Both the position numbers and the translations under genes were made by a program. A stretch of DNA of 63,127 bases, filler included, from Chrysochromulina tobinii (Eukaryota): assembly GCA_001275005.1 (NCBI GenBank). It is 8 parts of 8 records of this genome, joined end to end, with 100 filler letters (N's around TTAATTAATTAA, not from the genome) between each part and the next. Parts side by side here need not be neighbours in the genome. Positions count along the whole stretch, not along the records: positions 2,833 to 19,804 come from JWZX01000918.1; positions 19,905 to 35,835 come from JWZX01000919.1; 6 more parts are not named here. One strand, given 5' to 3'. Under the pieces are notes generated by a model. It did no database searches and had not been told where the DNA came from. It saw only the letters and a program-made list of their open reading frames with translations. Shown piece after piece: positions 11,206 to 21,881 of this stretch (position 1 is its first letter; each line of letters opens with the position of its first letter).

Positions 11206-13425
11206 ATGACTGATGGCCAGGAGCGCGTGCGCTTGCGGGCGCGCGAGGGCGAGGCTGTCGAGTGGACGCGCCGGGTGGCCCAGCGAGCTGGCACGCTCAA
11301 AGACATGATGGACGACGCTCCAACGGAAGATGGCGTCTACCCGGTGCCGATGATTGCGGCGGCAGAGCTGGCAGTGCTCCGGGAGATGTGCGAGGCCGAC
11401 TCCATGCCGGTGAGACTCGAGCAGTGCTCGATCTCGGAGCTCTTCAGGCTCGTCGAGGGCGCCAGCTTCCTCGATGCCCCCGGGGCGCTCAATCACGCGC
11501 AGCGCGCCCTCGCCACACGCCTCAACGGCAAACGCGCCGATGAGCTGAGAGAGCTGCTCGGCGCAACGGATGACTTTGGCAGTGCGGAGAATCGCGTGGC
11601 GGCACTCGCCGAGCCGGCGTTCTCGCCGGGGGGGCAGCTATCAGTAGCCACGGTGGGCTCTGCGGCGGGGCCACCCGCGCTGCAGCCGCAGCCCTCGCTG
11701 TCGGGGATGGCAGTCACAGACGATGCCATGGAGGAGGCGCTGGGCATGGTCGACGTGGGCACGCTGGCCGAGCTCAAGGGCGTGAGCCGATTGTGGTTGG
11801 TGCTCGCGCGGCGCGTGCTCTGCTCCCGCCTCAGCCGCTGCGAGGGTCAGTCCGCGCCCACTCAGCTGGCTGAGATCACCGATCTCAACATCAAGGTCCT
11901 CGTCGACGCGGGCCGGCCATGGGAGGCGGCGGCGGCGGGGAGGATGCTGCCCAGCCTGGCCCGATTGCGCTGGGAGGGCTTCACAGTGAATGTGGCCGCG
12001 GTCCGCGAGGTAGATCTTGACGAGGACGAGGACGAGGATGAGGACGAGGACGAGGATGAGGACGAGGACGAGGACGAGAGGCCGTTCCTTAGAGGCCCTG
12101 CCAAAACCGCTCTCCTCAGCTGCATTGAGGGAGAGGGCGAGGCGACGCTCAAGCTACTGCTTGCAGCTGTTGCCTGCGCCGGCTCTGGCGAGGTGCGCGG
12201 CATACCGGTGCAGATGATGCGCGACGACTCCGTCTCTGAGCTCATCCTGAGTGAGCAAAACATCGGCGTTCAGGGCGGCATGCTTCTTGCGCATCTCGTG
12301 CCTATCATGGGCAGGTTGACGAGCCTCAACCTCTCCGGAAACCAGCTGTGCGGCCTCGATGATGATGATCTTGGAAGAGGAACTTTCACTGCAGAGGGCA
12401 TCACAGCAATTGCCGACGCTCTGCGCGTCAACGGCGGTCTGACGAGCCTGGACCTCTCCAACAACGCACTCTGCGGAGTGGCCCAAACCTGGGAAGGCCA
12501 ATATGGCACCTATACCACAGAGGGCATCACTGCAATCGCCGACGCCCTGCGCGTTAATGGCGCGCTGATGGCCCTGGATTTGTCGTCCAATGACCTCAAG
12601 GATGAGGGCGTATGCGCAGTCTGCGAGGCCATCCAGAGAAACAAGGAGACCAAGCTCGCGTCGCTCAACTTCAGGAACAACGGCATCGGTCCAGTTGGAG
12701 CAAACGCTGTGGCGGCTATGGTAGCTGTCACAGGCGCGCTGACAATGCTGTCGCTCGCCCAAAACATGTTGGAGGAGGATGGCACCAAAGCCATCTGCGA
12801 GGCACTAGAACAGAACACGACGCTTAAGGAGCTCGATTTGCGTGGCAGCAACATTGGTGGTTCAGCAGGAGCCAAGCACGTGGCCAAGATGGTAGGCGTC
12901 AACAGCGGGCTGACAGCCCTGGATTTGTCCAACAACTACCTCAAGGATGAGGGCGTAAGCGCAGTCTGTGAGGCCATCCAGAGCAACAAGGAGACGAAGC
13001 TTGCGTCGCTCAACGTCAGTGAAAACGGCATCCATCCAGTGGGAGCAAAGTCTCTGGCGGCCATGGTGGCCGTCACAGGCGGGCTGACGAGCATCAACCT
13101 GTCCAAAAATGATCTCACCAACGACGGCGAGGACATGACGGGCCTCAAGGAGCTCGTCGCCGCTCTTGGCGTCAACGGCGCCATGGCCAAAATACAGTAC
13201 GTTTTGCCTTGAGCGAATTTTCGGCCAGTATCACCCGTTTGATGTGCTGCAAAGGGGTGCTCCTTCCTCGCATATCCTGGCATATGACGCTCCCCACCGC
13301 TCTCTTGCAACCCGACGATGCACCCTCTGTGTGCGCGCAGCCTTGAGTACAATCACCTCGATGAGCAAGCCAAGCAAGCCCTCCGAGACGCATGGCGGGG
13401 CGCCCCCTCACACTTGAAGCTCTGA
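11206..13425 (+). CDS. SKP1-like + F-box-like + acidic tract + RNI-type (NLRC3-like) LRR protein (exons 11206-13196, 13341-13425)
   Basis: SKP1-like N-terminus (VAQRAGTLKDMMDD...LFRLVEGASFLDAPG...LNGKRADELRELLGATDDF), (DE)n tract and many LTSLDLSxNxL repeats. A GTACGT...GCAG intron at 13197-13340 gives the in-frame terminal exon HLEYNHLDEQAKQALRDAWRG...LKL*. Confidence 0.8.
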
Positions 13426-14390
13426 GAGGTGGTACACGAGTTTGTACACGCGCAATCCAAGCTGCCCGACTACCAGACGACGACGAGCACGGGAGCTCTT
13501 CAAACCGGTAGGCAAGCAGGTCAAGCGCGACTTCACCGCGCGTGCCGCCCTGTAGAATTGGGGCACCAATTGGCTACAATCGGCGGTCAAACTCACTCAA
13601 CACGTTCGGACAAGGTGCGGCAGCTCCTCCGCCACCATGATTGACATAGTCCAGCCGTCGCCGGCCGCGGGCCGTGGCTGGCAAGTGCTGCAGACCATCA
13701 CTACCCTGGTAGTCACTTTGTCCATCAAAAGTGACTACCGCCCGCCGCCTACGCCTCACCCCGTGGCTCCCAGACAGGTTTTGTCGCAATGGTAGGCATG
13801 CCCAGCAGCAAGCGCGGGCACGGCGACGCGTGCGCGAGCGCTGGCGGCGTGCGGACGGCGACGCTCGCTCGAGCCCCTCGGCCGGGCAGCCCTTGCACGA
13901 GAGGCCGCGCGCCAGCCGTGAGGGTCCGCCGTGCGGGCGTTTGGGACCGGTCAAACGAGTACTGTACCGAGGTTACTACCGCGACCTCGTACATGCTTGG
14001 GCCGAGGTACACGCCTTTTACAATTACACGCCTCAGTAACGGTGTGTAGGTAATTGGGCATTAGAGCCATTACTTACAAGAGAACCCGCATTCACTCATT
14101 TGTCGTAAAAAGCGTTAAGCGACGCGCTTAAACCTTAATACGAAATACCACCGCCCCGGCGTCATGCCCGGCGTGGGCGCCATGGTGGGCGCCAACGCTG
14201 CGGGCCCACCGCGCACCGGCTCGGCTATCCTCATGGCTATCCTCTTTAGATCTTCCATCATGTACTTCCATCATGTACTTCCATTGCTGGCGGGGGGGCT
14301 TCCCATGGGGCTTCGATTGCTTTTAGATGGCTGGGGCGAGAGGGGGCTGGTGACACGGCCCTTCGCAACACATGAGAACCTTTGGCAATT

Positions 14391-16505
14391 CTACTTGCGA
14401 CGGAAGAGCGAGCCGAGGACGAAGGCAGTGCCCGCAACGGCGCCCCCAACGATTGCGGCGGCGAGCGTGGTCTTGGGCACGCCTGTCTGCGCTGACGCGT
14501 CCTCGAGCAGCTCCAGTGCACGGCCCACCCAGGGGCTTGGAGCGCCCAGGGGCTGGGCGGCGGTTGGAGCGCCCAGGGGCTGGGCGGCGGCTCGCGGAAG
14601 GATCAAGCGTCCTTCGTCTCTCTTGTCTCTTGTCTCTTCTCGTCTTGTCTCTTCTCGTCTCTTCTCTTCATTCACGGATGCAACAGCCATCTTGGCGGCA
14701 GGTAGATCTGGTACCGCCTCCGCTACCGCCTCCGCCTCCGCCACCGCCTCCGCCACCGCCTCCGCCTCCGCCTTGACATCAGCCTCAGTGTCGGCCTTCG
14801 CCTTCTCCGCGGCTGACTCGGCTCCAGTCACCGCCACCGCTTTATCCTTGGGCTCGGCCTCCGCTTTAGCCTTGGCCTCGGCCTCCGCTTTCGCCTTGGC
14901 CTCGGCCTCCGCCTTAGCCCGCGCCGGCATTGGAGGAGGCACGCTAGGCCTGCGTGGGGGCGGCAGGGCTGTCCCTGGGCTAGAGGCTCGGGCCGTTTGG
15001 GGCATTGGAGGAGGCACGCTTGGCCTGCGCTTTGGCGTCGCAGGCTCCTCTGGCCCCGATGTACCTGTGGCGCCGTGGTGAGCACTTGCATGCGTTGGCG
15101 TCGCAGCAGGCTCCTCTGGCCCCGTGGCTCCGGCGATCCTGCCCGTAGCGATGCTCTCCTTGGGTGGCTCGCCAGCGGCAGCTGCCGCCACGTTGACGGG
15201 GACGGCCGCCGCGCTCACGGCCGCCCCGCTGCCCACGACGGCGCTCACGGGCGCCCCACTGCCCACGACGGCGCTCACGGGTGCCCCGCTGCCCACGACG
15301 GCGCTCACGGGAGCCCCACTGCCCACGACGGCGCCACTGGGAGCCCCACTGCCCACGACGGCGCTCACGGGAGCCCCACTGCCCACGACGGCGCCACTGG
15401 GAGCCCCACCGCCTACGTGAGCTCCGCGCTGGGAGATCTGGACTCTGGGCGCAGTCCCTGGCATCTGCTCGACCAGGGCTGGGGCCGCGGTGGCGCCCTT
15501 AGCCGCCATGTCCGCTGCCTGCTCCCGCAGGCACAAGTCGCAGCCGCACACGAAGCCGTAGTTCTCACGCAGGGCCGCCCGCCGCTGCAGATAGGTCCAC
15601 TCGCGCGGCATCGCGAGGTACGCGTGCGTGAGCTTCTCGCCCGGCAGGAGGTCGCGCTTGGCAAAGGCGCGCACGAGGCCCTGCCCGGTACTCGGATCGT
15701 GGCCGCGCTTGGCGAGGATCTTCGCCTCGCTCACAAAGACGATCGTCGGGTCACACGCGTGGTTGGCCCGCGCCGCGAACGCGTACAAGGCGTTCGCGTG
15801 GAAGGGACTCGTCTTCTCAGCGCCATTGTCAAATAGGAACTGGTTGCAATGGAAGCGCAGCAGCACGGCGCGCACCTCCTCCACACGAGCGGCGCGCGCC
15901 ACGGCGGTGGCAAACGGCAAGCACGCTGGGAACGGTGCATTCGACCCCCCGACGAGGCGCTCAGCGCCCTCACGCACGTGGCCGATCTCTTCTGAGACGA
16001 TGCCCAGGTCGTTGAGCTGCTTGAGCGCCGTCGCCCACGGCCCATTGGCCACGTCTCCCAAGGCCCGCGCGCTCAGCTCCTCGTAGGCGCGCCAGCGCGT
16101 CCCATGGTGCTGTTCGACGGATTGCTCGTCCCGGCGCACCACGACGAAGGGCGGCTCCTCAAAGAGAGGGCAGCCGCGTGGCACATGCTCGCTCACGATG
16201 AGGCCGCGCCCGCACGTGCCCTGCGCGTCCTCGGCGGTCACTGCGGGGTGGCAGACCGCGCCCTCGAGGCCTCGCGGCAGGAGCACAAACTCCAGTGCGA
16301 GCGCTGACTCATGCACCAGCTCCGAAGTCTCGCCAAAGTCTCGCAAAGCAGCAGTCTCGCCAATGTCGACACGCCACAAGCCCGTTGTGGGATCGAAGGT
16401 GCGCAGCACGCAGAGCGCGCCGTCAAACTTCGCGCCCTTGGCGCGGATCCTGCAAACCGAGCCCTCGTGAATGCGGGTCGCGCTCGTGCGGCTCTTCAGC
16501 AGCAT
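14391..16505 (-). CDS. SMYD-like SET-domain methyltransferase with repetitive C-terminal region and terminal hydrophobic segment
   Basis: Motifs GRGLIVSEHVPRG, ANHACDPT, AKRDLLPGEKLTHAY and RRAALRENYGFVCGCDLC; 30-bp SAVVGSGAPV repeats at about 15200-15410. ATG at 16505 is the likely start. Confidence 0.8.
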   Translation of the reverse strand: MLLKSRTSATRIHEGSVCRIRAKGAKFDGALCVLRTFDPTTGLWRVDIGETAALRDFGETSELVHESALALEFVLLPRGLEGAVCHPAVTAEDAQGTCGRGLIVSEHVPRGCPLFEEPPFVVVRRDEQSVEQHHGTRWRAYEELSARALGDVANGPWATALKQLNDLGIVSEEIGHVREGAERLVGGSNAPFPACLPFATAVARAARVEEVRAVLLRFHCNQFLFDNGAEKTSPFHANALYAFAARANHACDPTIVFVSEAKILAKRGHDPSTGQGLVRAFAKRDLLPGEKLTHAYLAMPREWTYLQRRAALRENYGFVCGCDLCLREQAADMAAKGATAAPALVEQMPGTAPRVQISQRGAHVGGGAPSGAVVGSGAPVSAVVGSGAPSGAVVGSGAPVSAVVGSGAPVSAVVGSGAPVSAVVGSGAAVSAAAVPVNVAAAAAGEPPKESIATGRIAGATGPEEPAATPTHASAHHGATGTSGPEEPATPKRRPSVPPPMPQTARASSPGTALPPPRRPSVPPPMPARAKAEAEAKAKAEAEAKAKAEAEPKDKAVAVTGAESAAEKAKADTEADVKAEAEAVAEAVAEAEAVAEAVPDLPAAKMAVASVNEEKRREETRREETRDKRDEGRLILPRAAAQPLGAPTAAQPLGAPSPWVGRALELLEDASAQTGVPKTTLAAAIVGGAVAGTAFVLGSLFRRK

Positions 16506-16891
16506 CGTGGTCGCGAACCGTAGTGAGTGGCGGCAGCAGCTAAACGTGAATGCGTTCACGTTCACGTTAAATTGCCATCTCGGCAAGACGCACGCCCTTC
16601 TAAACCGCCCCCGCGCGGTACCCGCCATGGTGTGAATGTATGTGTGTGAATGTGAATGTGTGTCTGTGTGATTTCTAACACAGCCACAGGTCCCGTGGAG
16701 ACACAGACGTGAATGCGCAAGCGCAGTTCGTCCTAACCCCACTCCCCCCTCCCCCCATCCCCCACCTGATTGCCTTCACAATCCCGCCCGGTAGTATAGG
16801 GAAGTTTGAAGTTTTCGCGACGGCGTTTACCGGTACCGACAACAAAATGGGCTAACCCGCTTGCGTTGCCGTCCTGCTCTCCCCATCGCTC

Positions 16892-19804
16892 ATGGCATGG
16901 CACCGTCGTTTCGCCAAGTCTCCTTGCTCTCGGCCACATCGGCCTCGAGAGAAGCAGGGCGTGCGCGGTGCCCACACTCTCCTTGCATGGTGCACCATCC
17001 TGCCCTGCACCGAGACCAGCGACGTTCCCGGGTTGAACCGAGGTCTGCAGCTCGCGGTGCCCAGCCACCGCCGTGAGCTGCAGACCGCGGTGAGCGCCAG
17101 CGCTGACCTGACCAGCGCACTCGCCAACACCGCCGTCAGCCGCATCGTCCTTGCCTCCGGCACCTACAACCTCATCGCCGAGCTCAGCATCACCAGGAGC
17201 GTCATCCTTGAGGCGGCGGCGGGAGCCACGGTCACCCTGAACGCACAAGCGAGCTCCTCGAGTCAGCGCCGAGTGCTGAACATCAACCCGGGTTCGTCGG
17301 GCGTCGTGCAACTGAACGGACTTCGCATCACGGGAGGCCACATCAACAACTCAGTGCGCGCTCAAGTTCCCATCGCTCCGATGGGAGACTCACGTTTTGC
17401 GTTTTGTTCGCAGGGAGGAGGTGTCTACGTCTCTTCCGGCACGGTCACGATAACGTCTTCCTCGATCTACGGGAATATAGCTTCCAATGTGCGCGCTCAT
17501 CTTCATAAGTTCCCAATGCCCCCACGGGAGACTCATGTTTGGCTCGTTGTTTGCAGGGCGGTGGTGTCTTTGTCACATCCAGCACAGTCTCAATCGTCAA
17601 CTCCCAAGTTTATTACAATCAAGCTACTAGTTTTGTCGTGCGTGCTCATGCTCAAAAGTTCCCATCGCCCCGATGGGAACAATTCTGACGCGCTTGATTT
17701 GAGTCTCGCTCGCTCTACTGCGGCCAACTCTTCGATCAACTACAGTCTGTACGCGCCGCAGAGACTTGAATGTTTCCCATCGCCCCGATGGGAAAACTGC
17801 TGACATGCTTGCCCCAACTCACGCTTGCACAACTGCAAACGATGCTTTGGTCGACAACAGGGGGTGCGTGCCACAGAGACCTTGAAAACTTCCCATCGCC
17901 CCAATGGGAATCCCTTGCTGACATGTTCAACTTGACACTCGCCTTTCAACTGGGTGGGATCCATCTTTTGTTCTACCAGGGATATGTACGTACCTGCAAA
18001 ACCCCATCGTGCTCGTGTTCAAAAGTTCCCATGGAAACTAACGTTTTGCTCGTTGTTTGTATAGGGCGGCGGTGTCTACGTCTCTTCCGGCACAGTCTCG
18101 ATAACGTCTTCCTCGATCACCGGCAACACAGCTTCTGGTTCATTTTTTGTGCGTGCTTAAGTGCAAAACTTCCCATTGCCCCAATGGGAAAGTTGCTGAC
18201 GTGCTTGCCCCGACTCACGCTTGCTCAACTGCGGCCGACGCTTCCGTCAACTACAGGGGGTGCGTACTGCAGAGACCTTGAAAGGTTCCCATTGGGCCGA
18301 TGGGAAAATGCTCACGCGCTTGCTTTGATTCTCGCTTGCACAACTGTGGCCGACGCTTCGGTCAACTTCAGGGGGTGCGTGCTGCATTGACGTTCAAACG
18401 TTCCCATGGCCCCGAAGGGAATATGGCTGACGTGCCCAAATCGACTCTCATCTTTCAATTCGGATCGATATTTGGTCCTATCAGGGAGATGTATGTGCCA
18501 GCCACGCCTGCAAACTTCCCATCGCCTCGATGGGAGACTTACGTTTGGATCCTTGTTTGCAGGGAGGCGGTATTCGTGTCGATTCTGGCACGGTCACGAT
18601 CACCGCGTCCTCTATCACCGGGAACACAGCAGTGGGCAGAGTGCGTGCTCATCTTCGAAAGTTTCCCATCGCCCCCACGGGAGACTCATGTTTGGTTCGT
18701 TGTTTGCAGGGCGCTGGTGTCTTTGTCACGTCCGGCACAGTCTCAATCGTCAACTCCCAAGTTTATTCCAATCAAGTTGATAATATCTTCGTGCGTGCTC
18801 ATGCTCAAAAGTTCCCATCGCCCTGATAGGAAAGTTGCTGACACGCTTTGCCTCGACTCTCGCTTGCACTACTGCGGCCGACTCTTCGATCAACTACAGT
18901 CTGTACGTGCCGCAGAGACCTGAAGTTTTCCCATCGCCTCGATAGGAAAATGGCTGACGCGCTTGCTTCGATTCGCTCGCACAACTGCGGCGGACGCTCC
19001 GGTCAACTATAGTGTGCCTCAAACCCATGTGTACGTGCCGCAGAGACCTGAAATTTTCCCATCGCCCTCAAGGGGTGCTAATGTTTTTGCTCGTGGTTTG
19101 CAGGGACCCAATGTCTATGTCTCCTCGGCGGGCACCGTCTGCACCTGGGCAATGGCCCTCACCAACGAGGTCGCAGGCTCAGTCTCGACTTGCACCGCAC
19201 CACCGCCCCCGGCGCTGCCACCGCCACCGCCATCGCCACCCCCTTTGCCACCGCCACCCTCGCCGCCGCCCTCACCTCCATCACCCTCGCCACCGCCGCC
19301 TTCGCCACCGCCTCCCTCACCGCCACCACCTTTGCCACCACCCTCGCCATCACCCTCGCCACCGCCGCCCCCTACACCATCACCATTACCATCACCATCA
19401 CCTCCTCCTTTGCCGCCTTCGCCGTCGTGTCCTCCGCGATCTCCGCCTCCGCCGTCGCCGCGGCCACCGTTGTACTGGTGTGACGACACGTGCACGATCA
19501 CAGTGCAAGGCGAGATCGCGCCGGAGACAATCGTCCTGCACAACAACGATGTGTGCAACGATGGAGGTGAGGGTTCCGAGTTTTCAGGTTGCCGCATCGG
19601 CACCGACTGTACTGACTGCGGTCAACGATTAGTCATGCCACCTTTGCCGCCGCCACCGTTCCCTCCGCCACCGCCTCCGTCACGCCCTTCCTGCCCTTCT
19701 TTACCGCTACCGCCCAGCCCGCCGCCGCCCTCGCCCTCCCCTCCACCGTCCTCGCCCTCGCCGCCGCCGCCCTCGCCATCACCACCACCGCCATCGCCCT
19801 CGCC
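16892..19804 (+). CDS. Multi-exon Pmp-like right-handed beta-helix surface protein with microexons, Pro-rich stalk and Cys-rich module (3'-partial)
   Basis: Exons: 16892-17353, 17414-17488, 17557-17637, 17746-17748, 17861-17863, 17980-17985, 18065-18148, 18257-18259, 18372-18374, 18485-18490, 18563-18640, 18710-18790, 18900-18902, 19013-19030, 19104-gap. All 14 introns are GT...AG and phase 0. The product is GGGVYVSSGTVTITSSSIYGN-type repeats followed by PPPSP tracts and CNDGGEGSEFSGCRIGTDCTDCG. Confidence 0.8.
17354..19103 (+). repeat. Family of 14 homologous introns sharing a TTCCCATCGCCCCGATGGGAA-type hairpin
   Basis: The hairpin or a degenerate version recurs in each intron (e.g. 17368-17386, about 17659, 17774, 17890, 18170, 18516); donors are GTGCGC/GTGCGT/GTACGC/GTACGT/GTATGT. 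Confidence 0.85.
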
Positions 19805-20561
19805 NNNNNNNNNNNNNNNNNNNNNNNNNNNNNNNNNNNNNNNNNNNNTTAATTAATTAANNNNNNNNNNNNNNNNNNNNNNNNNNNNNNNNNNNNNNNN
19901 NNNNTATTTACACTGTCTTCGGGTGTACTGCCATCGGGTGTACACTGTCATCGGGAGATCGGGTGTACGACGAACTTCGAATACAAGTAAACTAAAGTGG
20001 TAACGTAACGCTCCGGTGCACATAGTGTGTTTGTCAGCTTTTGGCTCTCCACAACTTAGAATTCTTTGGCAACCGCGCCCACAGGCGGCCGGGCCCTCAC
20101 ACTCGAAGTTTTCGACTCAAGGTCAAGCGGCTTCGACGTGGAATGTGTTAATGATAGCGCCAGACGTGCACCATCCTCATGCACGCTCGGGCGCTGCCTT
20201 CAGCCGCGCGCCGCTACCGTTCATCGCAGGGGCTACCGGTAGGTGTGAAACCGCAACGCAGCAAACTACCGGGACTTCGCGTCGCGCGCGCGCCGCGCGA
20301 GGCGGCGGCGGCGAGCGGCGGCGACGGGGTGGGGCTGGGGGGCGGGAGCGTGAGTTTGTGTGTTTGCCTGCCTGCGTTTACGTGTTGACCGGTTTGTCCC
20401 AAGCGCTGTGGTGGGAAGGGAGAGGGCGGGTATGACTTGACTTGACTTGACGTTTCATGCTCGAACCGGTACAAGCTCGCATTCTCCCATCCTCGGCGGC
20501 TAAACCCGGCGAGCAACTCGGTGTCCTTCCGGCCGCCGCCAGAAGCGCATTCAGGAGCAAG

Positions 20562-20774
20562 ATGTGCTTCAAGACGACCTGTGTCGTGTGCAAGCTTCCG
20601 ACCTGGACTGGGTGTGGTCAACACGTTGCGTCGGCACTCAGAGGCATTCCCGAGGAGAAACGGTGCCCCGTGTGGAAGACTGGCGCGGGCTCGCACAAGC
20701 TGGCCGAGGGTGAGACCACCGAAGCGCAGGCTGGAGCCGCTTCAAAGCAGGCTCAGCAGTGCGACATTTCATAG
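20562..20774 (+). CDS. Small Cys-rich conserved-type protein, copy 1 (ends in CaaX-like CDIS)
   Basis: MCFKTTCVVCKLPTWTGCGQHVASALRGIPEEKRCP matches the small C-x4-CxxC-x3-TWxGCGxH protein pattern seen in fungi and protists. Confidence 0.7.
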   Translation: MCFKTTCVVCKLPTWTGCGQHVASALRGIPEEKRCPVWKTGAGSHKLAEGETTEAQAGAASKQAQQCDIS

Positions 20775-21647
20775 AGTGGCGCAACCGTCCTGCACGACCG
20801 TGCAGACATTCCTGCAGACCGTCCCGCACGGCCGTTCTGCACGACCGTCCTCGCCGTGGTTCCGTCGAAATTATCGAGCACGCACATCACACACGAGGAA
20901 ACGAGCAGTAGCACAGCGCCGAAAGGTGGTGACTGCTGGCTGAGGGATTATGTGCCAAGCTGCCACGGCTTTCCATGTACAAGCGTCGGTTATTTACACT
21001 GTCTTCGGGTGTACTGCCATCGGGTGTACACTGTCATCGGGAGATCGGGTGTACGACGAACTTCGAATACAAGTAAACTAAAGTGGTAACGTAACGCTCC
21101 GGTGCACATAGTGTGTTTGTCAGCTTTTGGCTCTCCACAACTTAGAATTCTTTGGCAACCGCGCCCACAGGCGGCCGGGCCCTCACACTCGAAGTTTTCG
21201 ACTCAAGGTCAAGCGGCTTCGACGTGGAATGTGTTAATGATAGCGCCAGACGTGCACCATCCTCATGCACGCTCGGGCGCTGCCTTCAGCCGCGCGCCGC
21301 TACCGTTCATCGCAGGGGCTACCGGTAGGTGTGAAACCGCAACGCAGCAAACTACCGGGACTTCGCGTCGCGCGCGCGCCGCGCGAGGCGGCGGCGGCGA
21401 GCGGCGGCGACGGGGTGGGGCTGGGGGGCGGGAGCGTGAGTTTGTGTGTTTGCCTGCCTGCGTTTACGTGTTGACCGGTTTGTCCCAAGCGCTGTGGTGG
21501 GAAGGGAGAGGGCGGGTATGACTTGACTTGACTTGACGTTTCATGCTCGAACCGGTACAAGCTCGCATTCTCCCATCCTCGGCGGCTAAACCCGGCGAGC
21601 AACTCGGTGTCCTTCCGGCCGCCGCCAGAAGCGCATTCAGGAGCAAG

Positions 21648-21881
21648 ATGTGCTTCAAGACGACCTGTGTCGTGTGCAAGCTTCCGACCTGGACTGGGTG
21701 TGGTGTACACGTTGCGTCGGCACTCAGAGGCATCCCCGAGGAGAATCGGTGCCCCGTGTGGAAGACTGGCGCGGGCTCGCACAAGCTGGCCGAGGGTGAG
21801 ACCACCGAAGCGCAGGCTGGAGCCGCTGCAAAGCAGGCTCAGGAGTGCGACGTATCATCACAGAGGTTACGAAGGCTTTGA
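21648..21881 (+). CDS. Small Cys-rich conserved-type protein, copy 2 (C-terminally extended)
   Basis: Paralog of 20562-20774 with substitutions and the tail ECDVSSQRLRRL*. Confidence 0.65.
   Translation: MCFKTTCVVCKLPTWTGCGVHVASALRGIPEENRCPVWKTGAGSHKLAEGETTEAQAGAAAKQAQECDVSSQRLRRL

Noticed and set aside
17354..19103. CRISPR-like array (regularly spaced palindromic repeats with variable spacers)
   Set aside because: The repeats sit inside GT-AG introns of a eukaryotic gene, spacing is irregular, the 'spacers' are mutually homologous, and no cas genes are present.
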